A stretch of DNA of 63,999 nucleotides, the filler included, from Octopus bimaculoides (taxonomy: Eukaryota), in NCBI RefSeq assembly GCF_001194135.2. It is 5 parts of 5 records of this genome, joined end to end, with 100 filler letters (N's around TTAATTAATTAA, not from the genome) between each part and the next. Parts side by side here need not be neighbours in the genome. Positions count along the whole stretch, not along the records: positions 1 to 20,193 come from NC_069000.1; positions 20,294 to 41,925 come from NC_069005.1; 3 more parts are not named here. One strand, 5' to 3'. The notes under the pieces were generated by a model. It was not told the origin of the DNA and ran no database searches. It saw only the letters and a list, made by a program, of their open reading frames with translations. This document shows positions 12,166 to 23,235 of the stretch, piece by piece. Within the stretch, counting starts at the first letter, position 1. Every line of letters begins with the position of its first letter. The translations under genes and the position numbers were made by a program.

Positions 12166-12699
12166 TTCTGCTAAACATCGACCAGAAAGCAGAGATGTTT
12201 TGGCGAAACAATTACACCAAATATTTTCATGATATATTTTTATAATACTGATAACAGTTAGCCGGCCACAAATAGGGAGAGCAGCCATACCCACTCTGCT
12301 GCAACTACCAACAGTAGCAGAGTTGGTATGGATTTCACTAAATAGCTCACACAATACCGCTCCCCACTACACTCTCTCCATTAGCCGTAATGGAAGCCCA
12401 CCTGCTCCCATTTGTGTTGCCGATATGCTAAACACACAGAACTTTAACGCCTGTGCTGGAAATCTTTCCATTATACCACTCAACCTTGACCCCTAGTGTC
12501 ACTATCTGAGAGTCAAATCTCTTACGTTAGCGCCTAGTAATAACAGTCTCCGGCCCAGAACTCAGCAACTAGTTATAATCGTAATAGTATTAATCATAGT
12601 AATATAAGCCCCAGCAACTACCATGCGAACAGCAGTAACTCCCGCGAGCTTGAACTATTACGAAATAATAACGTTGGATCACGTACCCGTAACTATAAT

Positions 12700-13090
12700 T
12701 TTCAAGTATTAGAAAATATTGGGTGCAGTTGTTTCTTGTCCGCTTTCTGGACGATGTTTAGCAGAAAATGTGATTTACAAATGTGAAGTTGTAACGGAGA
12801 CCAATATTTATATCGGCTGCTCCGTAAATTTCAAGAGGCGCTTACGCAACCACTATTCATCTTTTAAATTAAGACATAGGGTTGGCAGGAGGTCTCTAAC
12901 CACGAAAACTTGGGAGATCAAGGACGACAATATTAAATTTGATTTGAGTTGGGACATCATTAGGGTTGCTAAACCGTACTTAAATTGTAGATACGATGCA
13001 GACTTTGCTGCAAGGATCTGTTTAAAATTTTAAGATTTAATAGTGAATATTTAAATAATAAACTAGACCTTCGTCTTTCCTGTATTCATA
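12700..13090 (+). mobile_element. Penelope-like GIY-YIG endonuclease remnant
   Basis: CPLSGRCLAENVIYKCEV..IYIG..FKRRLRNHYSSF..LSWDII..KPY: the GIY-YIG VIY/YIG motifs and upstream Cys cluster typical of PLEs. Confidence 0.85.
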
Positions 13091-13494
13091 ATGCTATTCG
13101 CACATTTAAATACTTTAAGGGCATTAAACAACCTCTAACCCTAGCCCCAACCTAGGTCCAATCTAACTTACTCCCTCTTTTGCTGACCCATTAGTCTATC
13201 GATCTATCCATTCGTTTCTGAGACCTCCTAGTCTCGTTTTTCCCTTTACCAACACCTTTTAATCGCTCTTATTATACTTGCATGGTATGCTATATTGAAG
13301 GAACTAACCATTCTATCTGTGGTGTTTCAAGTTTTATGCAATAGCAATGACAGTGATACCTAACCTCTAGCAGCAGCCCTACACAGTTCTTTTCCATTTC
13401 TACTAGGTATGTACTCCTTACACAAACATAGTTTTTTGAGCAGCGCCTGTTATATAATGGATTGAACACACTATCTAAACCTCTTACCCGCGAC

Positions 13495-13720
13495 TATCTA
13501 GACTTTGCAAAAGCCTAGGGAAAGTCGATTATTGAATGATGTATCAAAAATTGCGTGATCTCGACATAGTCGGAAAACTAGAAGAGTGGTTACATGGCTT
13601 TCTAAAAGACAGGAGCCAGGCAGTAGCAGCCAATACGGCACTCCCAAGGAAACACAAACAGTGAACGGTGTCCCGTAGGGGTGCTATCTAGGGACCACTG
13701 CTATTCATAGTAACCCTCTT
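13495..13720 (+). mobile_element. CR1/L2-type RT fragment (domains 3-4)
   Basis: YLDFAKA..KLRDLDIVGKLEEWLHGFLKDRSQAV..GVP*G..LGPLLFI, with stops and frameshifts. Confidence 0.8.
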
Positions 13721-13754
13721 AGAGTTGGCCTGTGGCAAGCAAACAGCCACCCTT

Positions 13755-15018
13755 ACAAGCTACTAAGTTCCCGCCATTTTTAAAAATTAAAATTTTTTTT
13801 TAAAGGTTTAATAAAAAATAACTAATTAATCAATAATGTATTCACCCTTGTTGTTTGCAACTTCTTCCCAACGTTCAACAATACCTCGTTGGTAGAAATC
13901 ACCTGATTTCGACTCGAAAAATTGATCCAACCAAGCTCTCAATTCTGCATCAGTATTGAACGAAATTCTGCGCATAGCATTTGAAAGAGATCGAAAGAGG
14001 TGGAAATCTGTTATAGCCAAATCAGGAGAGTACGGAGGGTGTGGCAGCACCTCCCAGCTATGCATTTGAATGGCTTCCTTGGTCATATTGGCGATATGAG
14101 GGTGGGCGTTGTCATGCAGNNNNNNNNNNNNNNNNNNNNNNNNNNNNNNNNNNNNNNNNNNNNNNNNNNNNNNNNNNNNNNNNNNNNNNNNNNNNNNNNN
14201 NNNNNNNNNNNNNNNNNNNNNNNNNNNNNNNNNNNNNNNNNNNNNNNNNNNNNNNNNNNNNNNNNNNNNNNNNNNNNNNAGTCTCACCATACGCACAACT
14301 TCGTTTTATGCGGATGATCTTGTTTCACACGCAGTGTCGCTTGTTTACCGGGGCTAAGCCATTCCTTACACTGCTTCATATTGATGTACAAACACCATTT
14401 TTCATCGCCAGTAACGTGCCTGTGTCCATGAGTTGAGTGGTGACAAGCAAGCAGAGATTGTGGCTCGTTGATTTTTGTTGTTGTCACTTAAAGCATGCAG
14501 AACCTATGTTCCATACTTCTGAACCTTTCCCATCGAGTGAACATGCTTCTCTATAGCACTGTGGGAGCATTCTGTTTTCTCTGCCAGTTCCCTTGTCTTT
14601 TGACAAGAATTTTCGTGCAAAAGTTGGTTTGATCGCTCTTCATTGAACTCAACTGGACGGCCAGAACAGGGTGCATCTTTGAGGTCAAATTTTCCATTTT
14701 TGAACTTGGCATAGCAGTCACGAGTGGTTCTTTCAGCTATGGCATCATCTCCATACACAGCACAAATGTCGCGAGCAGCTTTTACGGCCTTAGAACCTTG
14801 ATTAAAATCAAAAAGGAGGTGTCAAAAATGCTCGTTTTTCTTAATTTGACATTCTATTTTAATAATCTGAAAATAAACAAAATTTAATTAGAAAAAAAAA
14901 TATAGATTCCAAAATGATTCAAAAATAGAATTCTCGAAAACAATAGATTCCAAAATTTAAAAACGCAATAAATTCCAGAATTAAAGAAAACGGCGGGAAC
15001 TTGGTTGCCAACCCAATA
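13755..15018 (-). mobile_element. Mariner (DD34D) transposon, decayed, with both TIRs
   Basis: HTH part 14504-14758, VTGDEKW, LHDNA..HPPYSPDLAITD (34 residues between the D's). TIR core aagttcccgcc.tttt at about 13765 and in reverse complement at 14987-15018. Confidence 0.92.
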
Positions 15019-15255
15019 GATGCAAAAGTCTAACAGTTGACTCAGAACCCTGGGGATACCACGCACCTGAAGTATGAGCCTTTTGCGACTTTTAAAACTT
15101 CTGTAACATTTGTGCCATCTGTGAGGTTTGATCCTTTTGTAGCATATAAGCCGTTTCTGGCGCTTAGATCTATTTAAGAATACTTCAGAACCTTGATACA
15201 CATTTCTTGCCTCATTAATTTCTCTCTCTTTTTTCTCTTTCTATTTCTTCCTTAG

Positions 15256-15311
15256 TACACCATACCGAGTGCACATACAAGATCTATCAAACACTTGTGA
15301 CCCACGTCAAG
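15256..15311 (+). CDS. PDE9A: PDE9-like exon C (56 nt)
   Basis: Acceptor tttcttccttag, donor gtaagt. Encodes (N)TPYRVHIQDLSNTCDPRQ vs recalled RTPYKVRPV. Phase 2 to 1 fits both neighbours. Confidence 0.88.
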
Positions 15312-16147
15312 GTAAGTGTGGTAAAGGCAAGAAGTCTGATAATTTAACGAACCTGATTGTTTATTTATTGCTATTTTTTAAAAAAAATCAATGATTAGTT
15401 GATTTAAATTTTTGCTGTTGCATTACACCAACTTGTCAATGGGCATCGTGCTTCCATCAGAATTCCATGCTAATGCATGTTCCAAGCAGCAGTATAATAA
15501 TGACAACATTATTCTAATAAATAGAAATGGTATTATTTCTAAATCTCTAAGAGAAAAACATACAGTAACATTTCTTTAAAGTAATTGCAAACATAAGATA
15601 GCTGTCCTGTAAGAGACGTTGTTACTGTTTATTACCCCAAGAATTCTTATAAATCCTTCATTAATATCAAATTTAACTTAAATTGCAATTTAGTTTTAAA
15701 AAAAAACAGGGGAACAGAAGTGTTAAATTCTCTATTTCGATTTCTGTTGCTTTTCACTGCTGAGTCTGTCTCTTGAAGTAGTTAATTTGAAATAAGAAAC
15801 AGAGCGGCTGTTTGGGTGCAGACGATTTGGCACGGTTAAATGGACCTTCAGCCTGTTTTGGCAACACTACGTTTAGGCACTGGAGGTCAATACAAACAAT
15901 GTACATATTCTCATACACACATAGACATGGGATCAGATAGGTGGGGCTAAACAAGGAGACGAAAGTACTACTCGATTACCAATAGTAGAGTAAAACTGTA
16001 TTTTACCGACGCTGAAAGACTTCACAAGTTGTTAGGCTTTCACCCATCCATTCGTCATGTTGGTATATATACGTATGTATGTATATATGTATATATATTT
16101 GTGTGCGTACGAGTGTGTGTGAATATATATATATGTATGTATACATG

Positions 16148-16179
<32 letters not shown>

Positions 16180-16180
<1 letters not shown>

Positions 16181-16480
16181 ATCCGAAACAGCTTCTTTTT
16201 GGCCAATTCTCAGCAAGAAAGTCAGTTGGAAGGCCACTTCAAAGGCAGACTAAAAGACAATCTGAAGCGATGCAATATTCCCTTTTCTTCCAGCTTCTAC
16301 TCAGTTCAAAAATTTGAGCAAAGTCTCAACTCCAACATCGGGACCAACTTCGTGCAAGCATGAAGACACACTTGCAAAACGCCGCTCCTCTAAACAAAAG
16401 CCTTACCTATCGTTATGGTTTTGTGGCACGAACCAAAGCAGGTCTTGCCGCCCACTCAAGAAAACACGTCGTAAATGATC
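16180..16480 (+). mobile_element. RTE-clade LINE 3' end
   Basis: PKQLLFGQ..GRPLQR / KDNLKRCNI and a terminal GFVARTKAGLAAHSRKH zinc-finger-like tail. Confidence 0.7.
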
Positions 16481-16628
16481 CACGAGTACTCGCGCAAACT
16501 GAGTCCTCAACTTGTTCTATTTGGCAAAAAGACTTGAAAGGCACCAGTATTCCTCAAGGGACACATGTCTGTCAATAGAACATGATTACCGCTTTATTTT
16601 ACCGACACAGATTCCTTTTTCTTTACAG

Positions 16629-16683
16629 GTGACTCTGATTTTTGCAATACAATCGTTTCTCAAGTAGCGGAGAAGTTCAATAG
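16629..16683 (+). CDS. PDE9A: PDE9-like exon D (55 nt)
   Basis: Acceptor ttttctttacag, donor gtaagt. Encodes (G)DSDFCNTIVSQVAEKFN vs recalled EELIQSVLAQVAEQFSR. Confidence 0.9.
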
Positions 16684-17119
16684 GTAAGTTTAACGTATTG
16701 GTGATCCATCTTTTGAATACTTGCCAGTAAAATGATTGTGATGAATTTTGTATGCCGGTCTTATTTTATAAATCAGTTCAAAAACAAGATGCCGTTTCTA
16801 CGACGTTCGGTAAATCCTATGCAAGGCTGAGGGCCATAACACTTATGATATTCAGTTTTACTTGCAGCGGGTTTTATTAAGCAACATACAAAATAAATAC
16901 TTGGTCTATTGAAACGGATAGAGGTACACAGACTTTAGTATGTGTATGCGTGTCTACTTATAAATGTATAACGCTGTATATGTAGTATGTATAAATGAGT
17001 CTGTATAAATGAATATATGTATGTATGTCTCATCTATTTTTTTAATTATAAATCTTCCAGTGAGGAGGGAGCTTGTTTCCAACAAAGATACAAGGCTCCA
17101 TCTTTGGGATGTAGTTAAC

Positions 17120-18050
17120 ACACACAAATTCACATTTGGAACTTGAGAAAAGTCTTTCATATTTTTACTGTTCCACTCACAGATTGCACTTGTAATGTAC
17201 GATTTAACCGGTCGATTTCTCTTTCTGAAAATCCCAGTTTATCCAGATTCTCCTTTAAGCATTTTCTAACAAAACCTAGTGTTCCAATTATTATTGGTAT
17301 GAATAGGAATTCAAAGTCTGGATATAGAAGTTGAAGGTTTCGAAGCAGTTGTCCATAGGCTCTTTTTCTTTGATTTTCAAAGAGATATTTATATCTGCAG
17401 GACAGCTAACCTCCATGATGGTTCATACCTTTGCCCCTCTGTCCCAAACAACAATTTCCGGCCTATTATGTTTACATTTGACAGAACTTTTGATGGGAAT
17501 ATTCCACTAGCGTTCCTTGAGTTGATGTTTATGAATATATTCCATAACAGAGAGATTGTCTAAGTTTATTTTGTCTTTTTTGTGGATGGCATTGTAAAAA
17601 GGTTTTAGCGACAACATCGTGCCGCATTGGGAGGTAGTACGGAGACGACATTTTAGGACAGCTGCTAATCACATGCTTAATGTCTTCCACAAAAACATGA
17701 CAGAGCTTACACATGTGGTTGCACCTTGGGATTACAAGAGCGTCACTGTCTCTTGTTCACCAGATACTTTGTGGCAATCTCCTGCTCTTGGATTGCAAAC
17801 ACATAACCCTCAAAGTGTGATGTAGTGGTCTTGTGTCCAAGAGAGGCTATGCCTCGTGTCAATTCTACTGTCTTCTTCAAGCTTCCAGGCAACATGCCTA
17901 AGCATAGTCTTTTTTCTTTGGATGCTGAGTGCTTTTCATTCAGGTCTTCTCTGAGGTAAGAGAGCCCAGCTGTTTGGGGGCTGTATAGGAAATCATCAGG
18001 AAGAGAGTCCTTTTTGAGGAGCTCACTGCCAACTCGTACAATGTTGTTCA
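17120..18050 (-). mobile_element. RLE-type non-LTR retrotransposon 3' part (second family)
   Basis: SHFEGYVFAIQEQEI; CCHC-type CKLCHVFVEDIKHVISSC..RHDVVAK; WNIPIKSSVKCKHNRPEIVVWDR..EVSCPADINI..FIPIIIGTLG. Frameshifted. Confidence 0.85.
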
Positions 18051-18107
18051 CTTCACTTACAGCTGTTTCTGTTAGCGCGATTCCCAGGCTTAACCACCAC
18101 AATAACA

Positions 18108-18164
18108 GTAATAATGATAATAATAATAATAATAATAATGATGATGATGATGATGATGATGATG

Positions 18165-18228
<64 letters not shown>
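18108..18228. repeat. (AAT)n/(GAT)n compound microsatellite
   Basis: Seen directly; it produces the poly-N, poly-I and poly-L ORF artefacts. Confidence 0.95.
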
Positions 18229-18230
<2 letters not shown>

Positions 18231-18780
18231 GGAATATATTCACAGACACGACAGAGCTGGGACCTATATACACGCCAGAAAAGGTCACAGAAAACGAGAA
18301 AGCAACCATACTCTGGGATATGCCAATACACACAGATAGAGAAATTAAGGCAAATAGACCAGATATAGTTGTCAAAGATCATGAAGGAAAAAAATGCTTT
18401 CTAATTGATGTATCAATACCAGCAGATGACAACGTTTCTCTAAAAGAAATGGAAAAACTTTCAAAATACAAAGACCTGGAAATAGAGATAACTCGAATGT
18501 GGAATCTAAAAACAGAAACAATTCCTATCATAGTAGGTGCCTTAGGTATAATAAAAAAATATTCAGACAAATACATAACAAAAACACCAGGACTTACAAA
18601 TATATATAACATACAGAAAATTGCACTACTGGGTACTGCACACATTCTACGCAAAACACTTTCAATACAGTAAACATAAGAGCACCACAGCAAACCACAG
18701 CACATACCCAAGGCGCACAGAGCTGCGCTCGGTAGTGAAGTGAAAGCACGTTATAAAAATAAAACTACTGAATAATGATA
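18229..18780 (+). mobile_element. 5'-truncated R4/Dong-type LINE inserted in (TAA)n
   Basis: Uninterrupted ILWDMPIHTDREIKANRPDIVV..IDVSIP..KLSKYKDL..PIIVGALG..KIALLGTAHILRKTL (PD..D/K RLE); AAT repeats on both sides. Confidence 0.92.
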
Positions 18781-18949
18781 ATAATAATAATTATCATTGT
18801 AAGTAATTAATTATACCAATTTGAATCGCAGAATTTCATCAGAACGGAAAAATAAATAAAAGCAAGTAAAAAGAAGTGGGTCAGCATGTAGCATGAATTG
18901 ATTTTTTCTCACTTTCTCCTTTTTCCTTTTACTTTTATTTTTATTTACT

Positions 18950-19074
18950 TTTCCGCTCTGATGAAGTTACGCGATTTAAATTGGTATAATTGATTAGTTA
19001 CAATGATAATTATTATTATTATTGTGGTGGTTAAGCCTCGGAATCTCGTTAACAGAAACAGCTGTAAGTTGAGA
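18950..19074 (+). ncRNA. Family H1 hammerhead, undisrupted copy
   Basis: ttccgct-CTGATGA(18958-64)-agttacgcgatt...aatctcgttaaca-GAAAC(19055-59)-agct-GTA-agttgaga. Head-to-head with the minus copy. Confidence 0.62.
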
Positions 19075-19357
19075 TTCTCTCTTTTTGTAATTAATTAAAT
19101 GATAATTGATGTAAATCAATTGTTTTTCATCAATTTTATCTCCATTTTCTTCTTTCCTTGAATATTGATATACTTCTGTTTATTCTAGTCATTACCAATC
19201 ATTTATGAGTATTAATTCCAATGCTCATGATTAAATATTGCTAACACACCAGTTGATTCATTGGATACACGTATCCCTTAGACGGTTGTTATAACCTCTA
19301 ACTTAACTCATATATATAACCTTGCTATACTCACTTTTCTTATTCTTTTCCCTACAG

Positions 19358-19428
19358 TGTATTTAAAGTGGAAGAATTCCGACAGGAAGTGCATAACAGA
19401 ATCTCCTCAATTGAAAAGCGACTTGAGA
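19358..19428 (+). CDS. PDE9A: PDE9-like exon E (71 nt), coiled-coil region
   Basis: Acceptor cttttccctacag, donor gtaaga. Encodes (S)VFKVEEFRQEVHNRISSIEKRLE vs recalled [23 protein letters not shown]. Confidence 0.92.
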
Positions 19429-19619
19429 GTAAGAATATCTGTCAGTTTATTTTTTGTGTTTTAATGTGGTTGTGTTTGCAAAGATTGTTGTGCTCTAATT
19501 GGTGTATGTGATGGTCATGGTTATGGTGGAGGTGTATCCTTTGTGCCTAAGAAGACTGATCCGGTAGATCTTATTATCATAGACAAACGAGCTATGATTT
19601 TGCATGTCCACAGCTATAG

Positions 19620-19639
<20 letters not shown>

Positions 19640-19659
<20 letters not shown>

Positions 19660-20130
19660 AGGTCGCTCTTCAGTGCTACTGGTATCATGTAATCCAGTAC
19701 AACCTGTCGCATGGTCGGGTCGTCGGCGACTAAACTGGCAACACCACCAGGCATGCTTGGCGAGGAGGGTATTGTTGGGCTCCCCTGCAGGACGAAAATA
19801 AGACCTGTCGATGGGCGGATGAACTCCTGAACAGTCAACGACCATCGGTTACCGCATCGGTCACCGAATAGAGTGTCTGAGTGTCGGCTAGGTGTCTGGA
19901 ATTGGACGGCTTACCTCATGGGCAGGTAGAAGCTCTTTAACCTTGGTTGGTAATCTACCTAGGAGAAGGAAATCTCCGAAATAAAACCTGAGGCCTTGGA
20001 AGTTCCTGGTTTTGTCAATTCTCTTGTCACACTGGTGAAAGTCTTCTTGGGCTAATAAGTGGGGGGTAGTGCAGTGCAAGCTACACCCACTAAAAATTAT
20101 TCATCTGAACAGGTACTTCCTGTACTCCAG
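19640..20130 (+). mobile_element. RTE-like LINE 5' UTR-type repeat
   Basis: GC-richer island containing ggtaatctacctaggagaaggaaa..aaacc, resembling RTE 5' UTRs; no coding support. Confidence 0.4.
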
Positions 20131-21509
20131 ATCTTGGTAAAATCATTCAATTGGTTGGTTGGCAGAAACCTAAAAATGCACCTGTAACTTATTNNNNNNN
20201 NNNNNNNNNNNNNNNNNNNNNNNNNNNNNNNNNNNNNTTAATTAATTAANNNNNNNNNNNNNNNNNNNNNNNNNNNNNNNNNNNNNNNNNNNNAAGTGAG
20301 AGATTTGACGCTAATATCCATTATTATTAAGGAGTCTAATTTAGACTTTTTTGTGGTGAAATCTCTTGCTATATTGGTAACAATTACATGGTTTTCTATG
20401 AAAAATTATATATATATATTTATATATAAATATATACATACATACATACCCCCCCCCCACCATATATATATATATAACAATCAATTGTTGGATTTTTAAG
20501 GTGTGATCTAAAATAGAGATATGAATGTCTTTCTACATATCATTGATTGCTGTAAATACTCTTAATTTCTTAAAATTCTGCCTAAGGATTGTTGGATTTA
20601 CCTGAGATCGGTATTCTAAATACATTTACTGGTATCTCCTTGTTGGAAATTTAACCTTATTCATTTATATTTAGTACTTGCTTGATATCTGCTAGGATTT
20701 TTTAATCCCATTTTTTCATACACACACACACACATTGTTGTGAAGTGAACTGACACCTGTCAGTGGACTGGATGAGCCAGCAGACAGTTGAAATCGAACT
20801 ATGAGAGTTTTAGTCTTGTTATTGATTCTGTGTTGAAGTAGTGGATTATTATTGACCGAATGGTTATAGATTTCTGTATTAGGCCACGCAGGGCCGAACA
20901 CAGAGGGGACAATACAATGTAGAATTTTTCTTTTCAAAACCGATCAATAGGGATCGAAAACATCTTGGGACGTGTACACAAAGAGATAACACAGTAATGC
21001 TTTAACAACAGAAATTCCCAAAAGGGTGAGAAAATATAACACTGACTTCGGTCATCCGTGGAAAGAAAAACCTATGAAAAACACCATGGTAACCTTGGAA
21101 AAAATAAACATGAGAGCAAAAAGCCCTTTCTCTTTTTGTTTTGTAGGTTCATGCTCAAAGTGGGTTTGTCATTCATGCGTACCATCTTTGCTACATTCAC
21201 CCAACTTTTATTAAACTTTTCATTAGACAAAATTTCCCTCTCTATTCTCACCTTCCTTTTCAAGTAATACTTGAAAATGTTGGTGAGATGTTGGTTATAA
21301 TAAGGTAACCAACTTTTGATACGTTGCTTATTGTTATACAGTTATCTTTGGTACTGTGAAATATTGTTACACACACACACACACAAACATCAAATATTGG
21401 TCTCTGACGATATAACAGCTGGTAATGAGAAGTGTTCGAGACTGACTTGAATTATTGTGAATTGTATATTTTTTGCTTATGAGAACAAAAAATTCATCTT
21501 GTTTATCAT

Positions 21510-22150
21510 GGAAGAATTACTATCAGCTGTGATAGAGTTGCAGAAACAGCAACATGAGGTTTTACAGGTTCTCCTCAAGGAAACGAAAAATGCTACAAAT
21601 TTACACCAAATTCGTTGGCAAGCTCCATCGGAGAATTTAGAAATAATCCTGACGATGGTGTCACATTTGCCGCTTATCATAGTCAATTTGAGGAAACATT
21701 CAAGAACGAATGTTCAGACTTGAAAGAAAACTAAAAGACTAGACTTTTGCTAAGAAAATTAGCACCAGTGGAACATGAAAAGTATATTAATTATATACTT
21801 CCCTAAAAATCTGGAGAATTACAATTTGAAGACACAATAAGTACACTATCAAAAATTTTTAGTGAATTTTTATTCAACACGAGATGGTCCTGTTTAAATT
21901 TGACGAAATCGCACAGAGGATGATTTTACAACATATACCAGAATACTGAACTCTGAGTGTGCAAAGTTCAAATGAAAGGATCTGACAATGAATATGTTTA
22001 AGTGGCTGATATTCATTCAAGGACTAACAGCACAACAGGGTTTGGAAATTCACACAAGGATATTGACTAAGCTAGAACAGAACCAAGATATTACTCTTCA
22101 ACAGATATCAGAAGACTGCCAACAGACAATGAGTGACTACAGGAACATGA
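21510..22150 (+). mobile_element. Mag-clade gag remnant
   Basis: ELQKQQ..LLLRKLAPVEHEKYINYILP..FNTRWSCLNL..FIQGLTA..RILTKLEQ; paralogous to 6745-7386. Confidence 0.85.
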
Positions 22151-22522
22151 TATATCAAACATACAGGCTATAAGGCCAAAGAAAAACTGGAACTCTCGAC
22201 GTCGTAAGCGACGGAGTGCTGTTCTCCATCATTAACACCTCGCTTATCTGCTATTACCCTCAATGACCTCACATATCTACAGCAACCTGCATCCTCGAGC
22301 CTCCTCCCCTCGGTTTCTTTTCATCATTTTCCACAGTCACCTCTATCCTGCCCACTCACCCCGTCCAAAGCTCTGTATCAACTTACCAATTCTCATCACC
22401 CCCAGAGCCCCTCAAGAGAATATCCAGATTCATCTTTGCCGTCATCTCACACACTGTTGCTCTACTTATCTTACTCTCTAACCCATTCTCCTTTCTTTTC
22501 CAACTGGGGTATCCATGTATCT

Positions 22523-22913
22523 GTGGAGGAGCAATGGCCCAGTGGTTAGGGCAGCGGATTCGCGGTCATAGGATCGCGGTTTCGATTCCCAGACCGGGCG
22601 TTGTGAGTGTTTATTGAGCGAAACTACTTAAAGCTCCATGAGGCTCCAGCAGGGGATGGTGGCGAACCCTGCTGTACTCTTTCACCACAACTTTCTTTCA
22701 CTCTTACTTCCTCTTTCTGTTGTGCCTGTAATTCAAAGGGTCAGCCTTGTCACACTGTGTCATGCTGAATATCCCCGAGAACTACGTTAAGAGTACACGT
22801 GTCTGTGGAGTGCTCAGCCACTTGCACGTTAATTTCATGAGCAGGCTGTTCCGTTGATCGGATCAACTGGAACCCTCAACGTCGTAAGCGACGGAGTGCC
22901 AACAACAACAATA
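22523..22913 (+). mobile_element. tRNA-derived SINE family D, full length, 12-bp TSD
   Basis: A box tggcccagtgg, B-box-like gtttcgattcc, (CAA)n tail; flanked by direct repeat atccatgtatct. Confidence 0.9.
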
Positions 22914-23194
22914 ATCCATGTATCTACAGCAAGATACCTATCTCTGTCCCTCTATAACTTTACTCTCCCAAATGGCACAAAGCTATCATCCCTTTAATAA
23001 TACTTCCTTCTCCCAGTTGAGGGGGTGTTGCGTTTTTGTCTCTCTTTTTCGTCTTGCAAGTTACTTGGTGACCCTGTTGGTGATAGTTCTGCATAAGAAG
23101 CACCCATGCTGGTTCCACATAAAAAGCACCCAATACACTCTGTAAAGTGGTTGGTGTTAGGAAGGGAATCCATTAGTAGAAATCATGCCAAAAC

Positions 23195-23235
<41 letters not shown>

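Larger units (their letters stand above)
18050..18850 (-). ncRNA. Family H1 hammerhead split by an R4/Dong LINE insertion
   Basis: 5' half (CTGATGA = rc of 18836-18842, then aattctgcgattc) and 3' half (gaatcgcgctaacaGAAACagctGTA = rc of 18058-18085) flank a (TAA)n tract containing the RLE fragment at 18229-18780. Confidence 0.6.

Noticed and set aside
15020-15230. Possible GIPQGS-like RT motif on the minus strand
   Set aside because: Requires frameshifts within the motif; too weak to call.
17743-18382. Poly-Leu, poly-Ile and poly-Asn ORFs resembling signal peptides or low-complexity proteins
   Set aside because: Translations of the (AAT)/(GAT) microsatellite joining two TE fragments.
20238-20249. 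TTAATTAATTAA between two N runs, also at 41970, 56297 and 62886
   Set aside because: Identical 12-mer between similar-sized N runs in four places; a scaffolding/gap placeholder, not biology.
22523-22600. tRNA-like A/B boxes (also 38324, 39400, 10592)
   Set aside because: SINE heads: no full cloverleaf, and followed by SINE body, tail and TSD.
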